DNA of 34,438 nucleotides from a virus (IMGVR_UViG_3300034283_000549:1-34438), one strand, 5' to 3'; numbered from the stretch's first letter, positions 25,140 through 34,352 are shown. Translations and numbers: made by a program. Notes: a model not told the origin generated them from the sequence alone.

Positions 25140-25160
25140 TATACAATTATAGCCTATATA

Positions 25161-25589
25161 CTACTTTTTAGCAAGTTTGATTTCAATAGTCTTTGGCTTT
25201 TTGTCTTCAGGAATAATACGATCTACATTAATATGTAGCATACCGTCCTTCATTTCTGCACCAGTTACTTCCATATATTCTCCAAGAGCAAATGATCGTA
25301 CAAATTTACGACCAGCAATACCCTTATGAACAACTTCTGCATCTGTTACTTCCACCATTTCACCCTTAATAATTAATGTTCCATTGTCTACTGAAACATT
25401 AATATTTTCATTAGAAAATCCAGCAACTGCTATGGATAATCTGTATGTATCTTCATCTAGTTTAAGAAGATCATACGGAGGATATGATTGTGAATTTGTT
25501 TTATGTGCTGTATTCAAACGGCTTAACTCTCTGTTAAAGCCAATAAAAAAAGGATCATTGAATAGATCCATTGCATGTGTTACTACCAT
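25161..25589 (-). CDS. small heat-shock protein Hsp20 (IbpA-like)
   Basis: YPPYD, AVAGF, HKGIA.R.F.R.F.L, A...DGML.I, PE..KP..I.I. Confidence 0.95.
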   Translation of the reverse strand: MVVTHAMDLFNDPFFIGFNRELSRLNTAHKTNSQSYPPYDLLKLDEDTYRLSIAVAGFSNENINVSVDNGTLIIKGEMVEVTDAEVVHKGIAGRKFVRSFALGEYMEVTGAEMKDGMLHINVDRIIPEDKKPKTIEIKLAKK

Positions 25590-25590
25590 T

Positions 25591-25638
25591 TTATTCCCCT
25601 TTCAAGCGAATAAGTTAATAGGCCCCATAAGGCGACCT
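25591..25638 (-). promoter_or_regulatory. ROSE-like RNA thermometer in the hsp20 5' UTR
   Basis: Two hairpins; the second, UUAUUCGCUUGAAAGGGGAAUAA, pairs UCGCU against the SD; TATAAT at 25650-25645. Confidence 0.55.
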
Positions 25639-25659
25639 AATACTATTATATCAAATATT

Positions 25660-25735
25660 TGGAGCGAAAGACGAGACTTGAACTCGCAACATTCTGCTTG
25701 GAAGGCAGAAACTCTACCAATTGAGTTACTTTCGC
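25660..25735 (-). tRNA. tRNA-Gly(TCC)
   Basis: GCGAAAG/CTTTCGC, TCTGC-CT-TCC-AA-GCAGA, encoded TCCA end. Confidence 0.95.
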
Positions 25736-25739
25736 TTTG

Positions 25740-25812
25740 CTGGTCTGGCAGGTCACGATCCTGCGACTTCCGAATTAACAGTTCGGCACTCTACCATCTG
25801 AGTTACAGACCA
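25740..25812 (-). tRNA. tRNA-Asn(GTT)
   Basis: TGGTCTG/CAGACCA, CCGAA-CT-GTT-AA-TTCGG, T-loop variant ATCGTGA. Confidence 0.88.
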
Positions 25813-25828
25813 AAACCTTTATTAAAAA

Positions 25829-26542
25829 TTACTTTAAGAACCAAATATCTAAAAACTCAAGAATTAAATCCCAATTAATATTTATTAAAGTCATTAAATC
25901 AATATCAGAAGAATACTTATAGTTTATTGTATTTTCAAAATTAGACTCACTAACTCTTTCTTCAAAACTTTCATTAATAGAAATTTGAGAATTATCTTCT
26001 TTATTGATATTGGTAATATTGACTTGCGCTCCAGTGTTGTTTGGCAATTCATTTACTGGACGCATATTGATAGAACTTGGATCAGAAACAGTATCTTCAT
26101 AAGAAAATCCTTTTGGCCCAGTTGAATTAACTACTGTATTTACTATCGTAGTTTCTTCATTAGTTTCAATTACCTTTGTTCTTACGATTGGTCCTGCATC
26201 ACCGTTTAAAGTAAATGTTCCATTTGATTCAGTGACTTGAGAATTTCCTGGACCATTTAGATATCCACCCATATTTTCATGTGTTACTGGATTTGCAGCA
26301 ACTTGTGGCACTAATCTATTTCCATTACCTGGATGAACTCCAGCCCAACTACCAGACGCTCCACATACAGATGGTTGGCATACTATAATATTAACTACAA
26401 CATTAGAAGAATCTACCTCAGCAAATGTCATGCAAGGATCTGATGCACTGCATGGATCTGCATTAGCAGGACTTGCAGAAAATCCTGTTACAATTCCAGC
26501 AACCAACAAAATTCCCATAAAAATATTTTTTACTTTTTTCAT
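25829..26542 (-). CDS. secreted hypothetical protein
   Basis: Signal peptide ending ASPANA; four Cys near the N-terminus. Confidence 0.7.
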   Translation of the reverse strand: MKKVKNIFMGILLVAGIVTGFSASPANADPCSASDPCMTFAEVDSSNVVVNIIVCQPSVCGASGSWAGVHPGNGNRLVPQVAANPVTHENMGGYLNGPGNSQVTESNGTFTLNGDAGPIVRTKVIETNEETTIVNTVVNSTGPKGFSYEDTVSDPSSINMRPVNELPNNTGAQVNITNINKEDNSQISINESFEERVSESNFENTINYKYSSDIDLMTLININWDLILEFLDIWFLK

Positions 26543-26554
26543 TTTTGCTCCCTG

Positions 26555-26776
26555 TTAGTTTTCTTTGATTTTAATTACTACTTGGCAAGGGTCTCCGCCC
26601 TCTTCCCACTCTTTCTGTTCTTCTTCATTCATATAGGGATCACCCTCATGAGTATTACAGAACGGTTCAGTTACCCATCCCCGCTCAATTCCGTTTTCAA
26701 GCCAGATTTCAAACTCATCAAAGTTTGACTCTATATTCTGAATATCCTTTAGGATCTCTTCAAATTCTTCGTTCAT
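26555..26776 (-). CDS. acidic hypothetical protein
   Basis: W...G...GW...C.TH.G...EEGGDPC motif; TATACT 6 nt upstream. Confidence 0.75.
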   Translation of the reverse strand: MNEEFEEILKDIQNIESNFDEFEIWLENGIERGWVTEPFCNTHEGDPYMNEEEQKEWEEGGDPCQVVIKIKEN

Positions 26777-26791
26777 ATATTAAGTATACTC

Positions 26792-27316
26792 CTAGGCACT
26801 TATGATGTCAACTGGACCCATACACGATGGATTAAATTTAATTGCAGCACTGACTGCTTGAATTACTCTGTTCCTTGCATTTTTTTGTTTATCTGTTGCA
26901 TACAAAACCCCATATGCATATTCTGACCCAGAACCAATAGACATATATGGCAAAGAGTATTTAGATAAAGACATATCTCCAGAACTATGTTCGTAAATTT
27001 CTCCACGAATACCAATGATTAAACTAAGTTCACCTTCTTTAGATGTATCAATCCAAAATTCATTATAAAATTCACGAAGTTCTTTGATAAACTTTGTGTG
27101 CATAAACTTGTCTGTATCTTTAATGTTAGGTGCTGATGGTCTGAAGTTGTGTCTGATTCTATCGCCGTCCATTGACCCAGCATAACCAATTAAGTATGGT
27201 CCAACTTTCCAAACCTTTGGTGATTCAAGTGAGAGAATAACTCCGTCATCTGATGCTCCACGATCTCCTGCCATATAAACTTTTTCTTCATGGCGTAGAG
27301 CAACAATGCAAGTCAC
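26792..27316 (-). CDS. Ntn-hydrolase, HslV/proteasome-beta-like peptidase
   Basis: N-terminal (M)TCIVA, AGD, K, GYAGS, SIGSGS. Confidence 0.85.
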   Translation of the reverse strand: MTCIVALRHEEKVYMAGDRGASDDGVILSLESPKVWKVGPYLIGYAGSMDGDRIRHNFRPSAPNIKDTDKFMHTKFIKELREFYNEFWIDTSKEGELSLIIGIRGEIYEHSSGDMSLSKYSLPYMSIGSGSEYAYGVLYATDKQKNARNRVIQAVSAAIKFNPSCMGPVDIISA

Positions 27317-27346
27317 GACAAACCCCTCCCAGATTAGGTATATTTA

Positions 27347-27375
27347 AGTATACCAGTTCCTAGAAGGGGTGTCAA
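27347..27375 (-). promoter_or_regulatory. promoter of the peptidase gene
   Basis: TTGACA-N17-TATACT with extended -10 TGG. Confidence 0.75.
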
Positions 27376-27387
27376 GTAATGTATTAT

Positions 27388-27720
27388 TTATTCAATAAAA
27401 TCATCAATTTCATCAAGATCATCTACAACGCTATTAGTCATAGGCTCAGATACTTGATTAGGCTGTGAGTTATCTGAACCCCCGCCATTTTTGCCAATTA
27501 AAATACCAGCAAGTGTGCCAGTAATAAATGTTGCAACAGATGACAATACATTGAAGAACATCTTATCATTTTCTGATTGCTCTCCAATTGGTTGTGTTAC
27601 AAAAACAAGGGCATACAAAATTCCCATTGTAGTAAACAATAAGATTGTTCCTAGTGTCATACCAAGAAAAAACTTTAGTCGTGCATCTAGTTCATCTGAT
27701 GTATATCTTTTTTTACTCAT
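27388..27720 (-). CDS. two-TM membrane protein
   Basis: Two long hydrophobic helices, acidic tail. Confidence 0.75.
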   Translation of the reverse strand: MSKKRYTSDELDARLKFFLGMTLGTILLFTTMGILYALVFVTQPIGEQSENDKMFFNVLSSVATFITGTLAGILIGKNGGGSDNSQPNQVSEPMTNSVVDDLDEIDDFIE

Positions 27721-27922
27721 TTACGCTACCCTCCGTAGGATCAAAACCAAGTATATCTTTAGTACATAATCCATCTGCTTGGCAGATTGGTGGATTACAC
27801 TCTTTATTATACCAGTTTTCAGGATCATGGCAGTCATAGCGATATCTATTTTCTAGCATTCCGCAAGATGTTAACATTAGTGATAATACTGTTGCTGATA
27901 AAAGGGCTGCGATTTTTTTCAT
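27713..27922 (-). CDS. small Cys-rich lipoprotein
   Basis: Start MKKIAA; lipobox LTS-C; four further Cys. Confidence 0.7.
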   Translation of the reverse strand: MKKIAALLSATVLSLMLTSCGMLENRYRYDCHDPENWYNKECNPPICQADGLCTKDILGFDPTEGSVNE

Positions 27923-27935
27923 ATCAACAACTATC

Positions 27936-28391
27936 CTAATCTTCTTTTTCTTCACGCAATGGAATTGTTACAAGCCAGATAGCAGTAGCAATTAATGTTG
28001 CCATTCCAACTACCTGCTGTGCTGTCCCTGTAAGGGTAAGCCATGCAATAAAGAATCCAAGTAGTGTCCAAACCTGAGCAATACTTTCTTTAACTGCTTT
28101 CCAAAGCCATGAAATAAATCCTTTGACAATCTTTACCAAAATTTCAAATACTTTTTTAATAATAGGAAAATACTTTGCACCATATGCTTTTAGTTTTTCC
28201 ATATCTATTGTTGGTATTTTAATCTTTGGAATAGATATTTTTGGAATATTTACCTTTGGCATCTTAAACTTTGGCATTTTGATGCTTGGGATTTTAATGC
28301 TTGGTATTTTTATTTTAGGCATTGTAATTTTAGGCATCTTTATTTTGCCTAAAATCACCTTTATACTTTCTTTAACTTTATTCATAACCAT
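27936..28391 (-). CDS. membrane protein with pentapeptide (xxPKI) repeats
   Basis: About nine MPKIK/IPSIK-type units, two C-terminal TM helices. Confidence 0.75.
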   Translation of the reverse strand: MVMNKVKESIKVILGKIKMPKITMPKIKIPSIKIPSIKMPKFKMPKVNIPKISIPKIKIPTIDMEKLKAYGAKYFPIIKKVFEILVKIVKGFISWLWKAVKESIAQVWTLLGFFIAWLTLTGTAQQVVGMATLIATAIWLVTIPLREEKED

Positions 28392-28395
28392 CCTA

Positions 28396-30507
28396 TTATA
28401 ACCTCCTTATTGACATAACAGAACTAACAATGTTTGATACTATAATTACTGGAATTATGACTTCCTGAACCTTTTCTCTTTGGTCGTCAGTCATATCCTT
28501 TCCCCATTCCGCTGGGTTTAGAATTTTTTCAAAATCTATGTTTGTAATTGCTCCCAATGGATCTGCCAAGAATGCTTCTGTTTGTACTTCTGTTACTGCA
28601 TCTGCTAATGTAAATGGCATTGGGGTTTCTCCTGCATCCCCTGCTCTTTCTGCGAACTCAACAAATGCTGAGGCAAGTGCTGGGTTATCTTTCATCTGCT
28701 CAGCAATCTGTGCAACTTCTGATGCCTTGATACCAAGGTCTCCAGCAATCTCTGCCTTTGCTTCTTGTGTCAAAGACTTTAGGGTTTGGCTAACTGCTTC
28801 TACTTGCTCAGGTGAAAGTGTAACTAACTTATTATCCTTGCTTGTAAGGTTAGCAATAACTCCAGATAAATCTTCTGCTGTTCCTGTACCTTTTTCAGGA
28901 ATAAGTTCAGCCAACTCTTCATCTTCTATTTCAGGATTAGTTGTTGGTTCTGGTTCAGGAGTTGGTTCTGGTGTAGGTTCTGGAGTTGGTTCTTCAGTTG
29001 GCTCTACCACTGGCTCCTCTGTTGTTTCTGGATCTGGGGTTGGCTCATCAGTTGGCTCTGGCTTAGGCTCTTCTGTAGGCTCTTCTGTAGGCTCTGCAGA
29101 AGGCTCTGTGGTAGGTTCTTCAGTAGGTTCTTCTGTTGGCTCAGTTGATGGTTCTGGAGAAGGCTCTGGGCTAGGCTCAACTGTAACCTCTGGTGTTGGT
29201 TCTGGCTGTGGCATGTTTGCAAGGGCAGTAGCAATAGCAGCATTAATTCTCTGCTTCTCTTCAAAATCCCATTGAGCATCATACTCTTCTTCAGCAGCAG
29301 TGATAGCATCATTCATATTTTCAATAGCACTATTGTAGTTTTCAATTGCTAAATCTTTTGCTGCTAATGCTAAAGCAGTGTTTAGTTCTGCAATTTCATA
29401 TGTGGTTTCTGCAGCATCTTTTTCTTCCTGCGCTAATTCTAAGTCATCTTGTAATTCATTTAGTGTTGCAACCTCCTGATTGTAAACAGATAACTTATCG
29501 TTATATACTGCCAAAGCAGATGTTCTTGCTGCAAGTGCTTCGTTGTAGTCATCTATCTGTTCCTGTGTTGCACCTGGGCCAGAAGAAAATGTTCCAAGAT
29601 TACAACTAAAGTTTTGTCCCCATACTCTTGGATTTCCAGAATAGTCGCATCCTGCTCCAGTCCAGCCTCCAGGAATTGCCCATCCAAGATGATAATTTCC
29701 AGGTCCTCCGCCGTTATACCACCAAATCTCTACACCCAATGTTTTGTCTTCGCTAACATCATATACTGGTGAATAGTCGCTCCAAGTAGTCCCTTGCTCT
29801 ATCCATTGATCTATTGCAAGATTTCCGTCTACGTACATTCTAAATCCATCGTCTGTAGAGCCTGCAAAATATGTTGTTGTAAACCATGCTGGAACAGTAA
29901 TTGTTCCAGTAAACTTAACAACAAAATTTTCATATCTATTGCCACAAACTGGAAGTTGCATAGAGTTTGAGTTCCAGGTGCCAGAACAAAGCACAGATCC
30001 TGGGGTAGCAACATTACCCTGTCTAACAAGAGTATAAACAGTGTATGCCAAACCTGTTCCCCCAGCAGCCTGCATATTAGATTGTGTGGTTTGAAGATTA
30101 AGGTTGGCTATTGCCAATGCTTCCTGAGCATCATCTTTATGTGTTAATGCTAAAGCAACTGTAGATGTTTGTCCATCTACTGAGGACTGGGCTGAAGAAA
30201 GGTTTGATATTTTTGTATTGAGGGTTGATAGGGATTCTGCTTCTGTATCTACCGCTTGGACATATGTTTCTTCTGCTGAAATTTTGTTGTCCCTGGAAAT
30301 TACGGCAGCGTCATACTTATCTTGTGCCACGCCAATAAGTGAGACTAATTCAGCACTATCATTAAGGTCTGAGACCTTCTCATTAAGGGCTTCTATCCTC
30401 TGTGCACCTACTGTTATAGGGTCGTCAGAATTAGCCTCTGTAGGGGCTATTAAAAGCCAAGCAAAGGCAAGGGTAGAAACTGTAAATATACGCAAGAGTT
30501 TTTTCAA
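28396..30507 (-). CDS. secreted PA14-domain protein with coiled coils, Pro/Glu/Thr linker and C-terminal anchor
   Basis: Signal peptide; ENF.V.FTG.I.VP...TDDGFRMYVDG...WY..GG PA14 motif; PEPT/PTEE repeats; hydrophobic C-terminus plus RR. Confidence 0.82.
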   Translation of the reverse strand: MKKLLRIFTVSTLAFAWLLIAPTEANSDDPITVGAQRIEALNEKVSDLNDSAELVSLIGVAQDKYDAAVISRDNKISAEETYVQAVDTEAESLSTLNTKISNLSSAQSSVDGQTSTVALALTHKDDAQEALAIANLNLQTTQSNMQAAGGTGLAYTVYTLVRQGNVATPGSVLCSGTWNSNSMQLPVCGNRYENFVVKFTGTITVPAWFTTTYFAGSTDDGFRMYVDGNLAIDQWIEQGTTWSDYSPVYDVSEDKTLGVEIWWYNGGGPGNYHLGWAIPGGWTGAGCDYSGNPRVWGQNFSCNLGTFSSGPGATQEQIDDYNEALAARTSALAVYNDKLSVYNQEVATLNELQDDLELAQEEKDAAETTYEIAELNTALALAAKDLAIENYNSAIENMNDAITAAEEEYDAQWDFEEKQRINAAIATALANMPQPEPTPEVTVEPSPEPSPEPSTEPTEEPTEEPTTEPSAEPTEEPTEEPKPEPTDEPTPDPETTEEPVVEPTEEPTPEPTPEPTPEPEPTTNPEIEDEELAELIPEKGTGTAEDLSGVIANLTSKDNKLVTLSPEQVEAVSQTLKSLTQEAKAEIAGDLGIKASEVAQIAEQMKDNPALASAFVEFAERAGDAGETPMPFTLADAVTEVQTEAFLADPLGAITNIDFEKILNPAEWGKDMTDDQREKVQEVIIPVIIVSNIVSSVMSIRRL

Positions 30508-30563
30508 AGTGGTGGACTCTCCTCTTGCCTATTATATCAAATTATTCAATTAGACATGCAGGC

Positions 30564-30594
30564 AAAAAGAAAGGGAGCCAGTTTCCTGACTCCC
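30564..30594 (-). terminator. intrinsic terminator
   Basis: GGGAGTCAG-GAAA-CTGGCTCCC followed by TTTCTTTTT. Confidence 0.8.
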
Positions 30595-30611
30595 AAACTT
30601 TTAAGTTATTG

Positions 30612-31772
30612 TTACTTTACTAGAGCAACCTTAGCCTTTGGATTCTTCTTGTTCCACTGAAGAGCCAACTTGTTAAATGCAGCCTTCATAGACTTAATTG
30701 CTGCAGCGTTATCTGCAGTCAACTTAGCAATCTGTGCATCCTTAGCAAGTAGAGCAGCATCTGATGCTACCTTAGCAGCAGCAGCCTTATCTGTCTCTAC
30801 CTTAACTGCTGCAGCAAGTGCTGCATCTGCAGCAACCTTTGCATCAGCAAGTGCCTTGTCTGAAGCAGCCTTAGCAGCAACTGCATCTGCAGCAGCCTTT
30901 ACAACTGCAGCATCTGCTACAGCCTTAGCAGCAACTGCTGCATCCTTTGCAGCCTTCTCAGCAGCAAGTTCTGATACTAGATCACGAACTGCAATCTCTG
31001 CGAATGGTGCAAGTGTTGGAGCAGTCAAACCTACTACTGCTGCAGCAACTGCATCAGAAGATGTTGTTGGAGCAAATGTAATAAGTGAGCGTGTTCCAGT
31101 TGTTGGAAGAGTAGCCTTGAAGGTTGCTGTTCCAAAATCTGTTAGTGTAGCACCAGTTGTTACTGTTGCTGTGTCTAGTACTGCTGTTGCAGCAAAGACT
31201 GTTGCTGTAATTGACTTGCCAGATACCTTGTTACCAAATGCATCTGTTGCAGTTACAACGATATCCTGCTTAGTTCCTGCTGCACCTGCTGAAGGTGCTG
31301 AAACTGTTAGGTTGTTGATCTTGCCAGCAGTACCCTGTACATAGTATGTAAGAGTTGTTCCACCATTGTTAATTACAACGGTTCCAATTGCTGTTGTCTT
31401 TGTGTAGACAAAGAATGTTGCAGTTGTTCCAGTGCCTGTTGCAATTGTCAAAGATGATGATCCTGACGATGCTCCGACTGGTGCTGCTGATGTGTGTAGT
31501 GCTGATACAATTGTTGCGTTAGTTGCAGTTGCAGTTACTGATGTTCCTGCTGCCACTGTTGCTACAAAGCGTAGTGCATCTGCTGCATCGATTGTATTAT
31601 CTGCTGGGACTGGCAATGACGCAGGTGTAGCGATTACACCGTTAGTAGTGTTCGCTGTTCCATCTAGCGTTACCGCTACTGTCATTACTGTAGCATTTGC
31701 AGGTGCTACTGCGACCATGCCCAAAGTCATGGCTGCAACCACGGCTAGTGCGATCTTCTTGAATGAATTCAT
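30612..31772 (-). CDS. secreted Ala/Thr-rich surface protein (Ig-like region, Ala/Lys coiled-coil tail)
   Basis: Signal peptide MNSFKKIALAVVAA...APANA; ATDAFGNKV Ig-like motif; GGAG RBS and own terminator. Confidence 0.75.
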   Translation of the reverse strand: MNSFKKIALAVVAAMTLGMVAVAPANATVMTVAVTLDGTANTTNGVIATPASLPVPADNTIDAADALRFVATVAAGTSVTATATNATIVSALHTSAAPVGASSGSSSLTIATGTGTTATFFVYTKTTAIGTVVINNGGTTLTYYVQGTAGKINNLTVSAPSAGAAGTKQDIVVTATDAFGNKVSGKSITATVFAATAVLDTATVTTGATLTDFGTATFKATLPTTGTRSLITFAPTTSSDAVAAAVVGLTAPTLAPFAEIAVRDLVSELAAEKAAKDAAVAAKAVADAAVVKAAADAVAAKAASDKALADAKVAADAALAAAVKVETDKAAAAKVASDAALLAKDAQIAKLTADNAAAIKSMKAAFNKLALQWNKKNPKAKVALVK

Positions 31773-31818
31773 TCGTTATTTCTCCTTGTTAGTTTTGTCT
31801 GGTCCAATGACCAGAAAG

Positions 31819-33603
31819 TTAAATTAAATTAAAGCCATCTAAAAAATCCCTAACATCGTCAGGCATTTTCCGATTATCTAATTCTACCATACCCTTGTCT
31901 TTCTCTGCAAATCGTGCAGAAGAAGACCAAGTATGGACATCTATCTCAGTATTATTATTCTTTGGTGTATGTGATATTGCTCCAAATACCGCTCCAGTTA
32001 CAGCATCAGCCAAGTCCTTAGATTTCTTGCGTGGGTGATCTACACGATTACCCTTCATGATTTTAAGTTCTGACATTTCTTCTAATAGGATAGGGATTCT
32101 TGGAATAGAAACACGCTCTTCATAAATCATCATAGCAAGATCTTCGTAGTGCTTCTTGGCAACAGAGACTGTCTCAGTTCTAATTCCAACTGCCTGCAAC
32201 TCATTTTGAATATCAAAAGACTGCCAACGGTCAAATGAAACCATTCCGATATTAAAACCTTGTCTGCGTAGGTTCATAATCCACTGCTTAACTTCAGATA
32301 GATTAACAGGACCTTCTGCTCTTGGTTCCCACCAAGCAACTGCATCTACCACTACAATTGGTGCTACTTGTTCGTAGTCTTTAATTACCTGGATATTTAC
32401 CCATTTATCTACGTGAGCAATTGCTACCGCACACTTATCGTGTTTTTGTGCAAGGTCAGCATGAATATAGTATGTTTTATCTGGATCTGGTACAAAAGTT
32501 TCATCAAACCTTCTAAATGAATCTAGTGGGTTTCTAGTGTTCATACACTTCTCAACCTTGTCAATCTGCTTAAAGAAAGCATCAGATGAATATGTTGGCA
32601 TACATGCAAAACGCATCATGGCATCACCTAGGTCAGTATAAAATGCTAGTTTAAAGTCTTCTATCTTACGGGTTGGGTTTACTTCCCATGTAGGTCTTTT
32701 GAATGCATATACCCTTGGAATTTTGTATTGAAGAATATTGTCCTCATCCCAAGAAATTTCAAACTGATTTCCAGGATCATCGTGTGGCAAGTCTTCGTTC
32801 ATAATAAATGTATGTCTGCGCTCAACTGTTTCTTTGTCAGCAATAACAGATTCATATCGTTGAGAAATAAAGTCGCCCTGATATCGTGGGAAAGAAAGCA
32901 AAACTACTTTTCCAAGATCTGGAAAACGAGAATCTACTGTTCCACGAAATGCTTTGTAAATATTATCAGCAGTTTTTCCTTGTTCATTACCAGATACAAC
33001 CTCACTTGCAAAACCAGAAATCTCATCAAGTACTGCCATAAGCAAGTTTAAACCCTCATGAGATTCTCTTTCTGAGTGTCCAGAGTAAACTGTGATTGCC
33101 TTATCAAACTCAATTGAATCAGCCTTTGCATTATACTTTCCAGCAAACCAAGGTGACTTTTCAATCTTTGTTTTAAAACCTTTAAAGAAAACGTTCTTAG
33201 CCTGCTGTGCGTTAACAGCAACGTTAATAATATCAATAGCATCTCCTGCAGGCTTGCCAAAATAAATTGCTGGGTCTTTTAGGCATAGTAGTTTATACAC
33301 TACATATGCACAGGCTACTGTTGAAATAAAATCTTTGCCACTACCCTTGCCAAGTTGAAGAATTAGTTCATTCTTTGTATACTTATTAAAATGCTTGGTT
33401 CCTTCAACATCGCCCATAATCTCTATCAAATCTTCTTTACGATAGATTTGGCTCATTGCCTCAACAATTTCGTACTGGATATCAGATAAAAGTGGTTGAC
33501 CAAGATAGTCAGGTGACTGGACAAATGTCTTTACATCAACTGGGGTTTCAACAAAATGATTCTCTTTTAATACCTCAAGAAAATCATTGAACATCGTGGA
33601 CAA
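31819..33603 (-). CDS. terL: terminase large subunit
   Basis: Walker A-like LGKGSGKD, Walker B VLDE, nuclease HADLA...D and DHP...SKDLADA. Confidence 0.9.
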   Translation of the reverse strand: MSTMFNDFLEVLKENHFVETPVDVKTFVQSPDYLGQPLLSDIQYEIVEAMSQIYRKEDLIEIMGDVEGTKHFNKYTKNELILQLGKGSGKDFISTVACAYVVYKLLCLKDPAIYFGKPAGDAIDIINVAVNAQQAKNVFFKGFKTKIEKSPWFAGKYNAKADSIEFDKAITVYSGHSERESHEGLNLLMAVLDEISGFASEVVSGNEQGKTADNIYKAFRGTVDSRFPDLGKVVLLSFPRYQGDFISQRYESVIADKETVERRHTFIMNEDLPHDDPGNQFEISWDEDNILQYKIPRVYAFKRPTWEVNPTRKIEDFKLAFYTDLGDAMMRFACMPTYSSDAFFKQIDKVEKCMNTRNPLDSFRRFDETFVPDPDKTYYIHADLAQKHDKCAVAIAHVDKWVNIQVIKDYEQVAPIVVVDAVAWWEPRAEGPVNLSEVKQWIMNLRRQGFNIGMVSFDRWQSFDIQNELQAVGIRTETVSVAKKHYEDLAMMIYEERVSIPRIPILLEEMSELKIMKGNRVDHPRKKSKDLADAVTGAVFGAISHTPKNNNTEIDVHTWSSSARFAEKDKGMVELDNRKMPDDVRDFLDGFNLI

Positions 33604-34120
33604 CAGTAATCACTTCTCCTTCTTTTGCAATAGCAGAAAGCCTCTTCATGATAATGTCACGAACCTCTGGATGCTCTGAAGCAATGTCTCTTAATATTCC
33701 AACAAGAACTTCTTGTCGCCTTTCAATTTCAATCATCTCTTCAGCAAGTTCTTTATTTTCAAGAAGGCCAGCCTTTTGAAGCATGTCAATTCTTCTTGAC
33801 TCAATATCTAAAACTAATTTAATTCCAGCAGTCTTTGCTGTAAGGTTTGTTGATAGAGTTGCTTCATCAATAACCTCGTATGCTTTAGTAATTAACTTTG
33901 TATAGTGTGTATCTGCTCCAACCAAAGCCTCTTTAGCACGAGCACGGATAGCATCATTGGCAGATGCCATAACTTTCCACTCATTAATTAAAGATACAAC
34001 ACGAGTTCTTGGAATATCTAACTCTTTAGATATAACTGTTGGATCGTTACCCTTAAGGTATTCAGTAACTACTTGATTAACTTCATCAAGATGCTGAATA
34101 AGTTCTGCCTCACTTGACAT
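33584..34120 (-). CDS. putative terminase small subunit (N-terminal HTH)
   Basis: HTH-like ISKELDIPRTRV, helical, directly upstream of and overlapping terL. Confidence 0.6.
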   Translation of the reverse strand: MSSEAELIQHLDEVNQVVTEYLKGNDPTVISKELDIPRTRVVSLINEWKVMASANDAIRARAKEALVGADTHYTKLITKAYEVIDEATLSTNLTAKTAGIKLVLDIESRRIDMLQKAGLLENKELAEEMIEIERRQEVLVGILRDIASEHPEVRDIIMKRLSAIAKEGEVITVVHDVQ

Positions 34121-34352
34121 ACTTTCCCTCTAATCTATTTATTTCATCCTTAATATAGAATATGGCTTTTTCTAAATCTTGAATAGTTTTTGCTTCATCT
34201 TTAAGTCCTGCTCTCCATAAATACTTGAATGCATTACCAATATTAAAGTTTCTATGTCTAGTAATTTGAATACATTCAACCCCAGAAGGATCTGATGTGT
34301 AATGGACAGGATGGTTTACTTGATCAACAGTAATATGAAGATTGTCGCTCAC
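34110..34352 (-). CDS. DUF3310 (SaV-like) protein
   Basis: D.VNHP.HY...G.ECI...F..GNA.KYLWRAG.K....DL.KA..Y. Confidence 0.9.
   Translation of the reverse strand: MSDNLHITVDQVNHPVHYTSDPSGVECIQITRHRNFNIGNAFKYLWRAGLKDEAKTIQDLEKAIFYIKDEINRLEGKYVK

Noticed and set aside
25384-25878. 164-aa + strand ORF
   Set aside because: Antisense to hsp20 and two tRNA genes
28538-29312. 245-aa + strand GS-rich ORF and 102-aa alternative-frame ORF
   Set aside because: Shadows of the PEPT/PTEE repeat in the PA14 gene
31798-31815. Hairpin TCTGGTC-CAAT-GACCAGA between terL and the surface-protein gene
   Set aside because: No U-tract on the coding strand, so not called a terminator; at most a leader stem
30670-31827. 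Long + strand Ala-rich ORFs
   Set aside because: Antisense mirror of the GCA/GCT-biased surface-protein gene
31819-33603. Intein or intron in terL, or stop-codon recoding in the window
   Set aside because: Continuous 594-aa frame with no splicing motifs; genes tile densely under the standard code and no suppressor tRNA is seen
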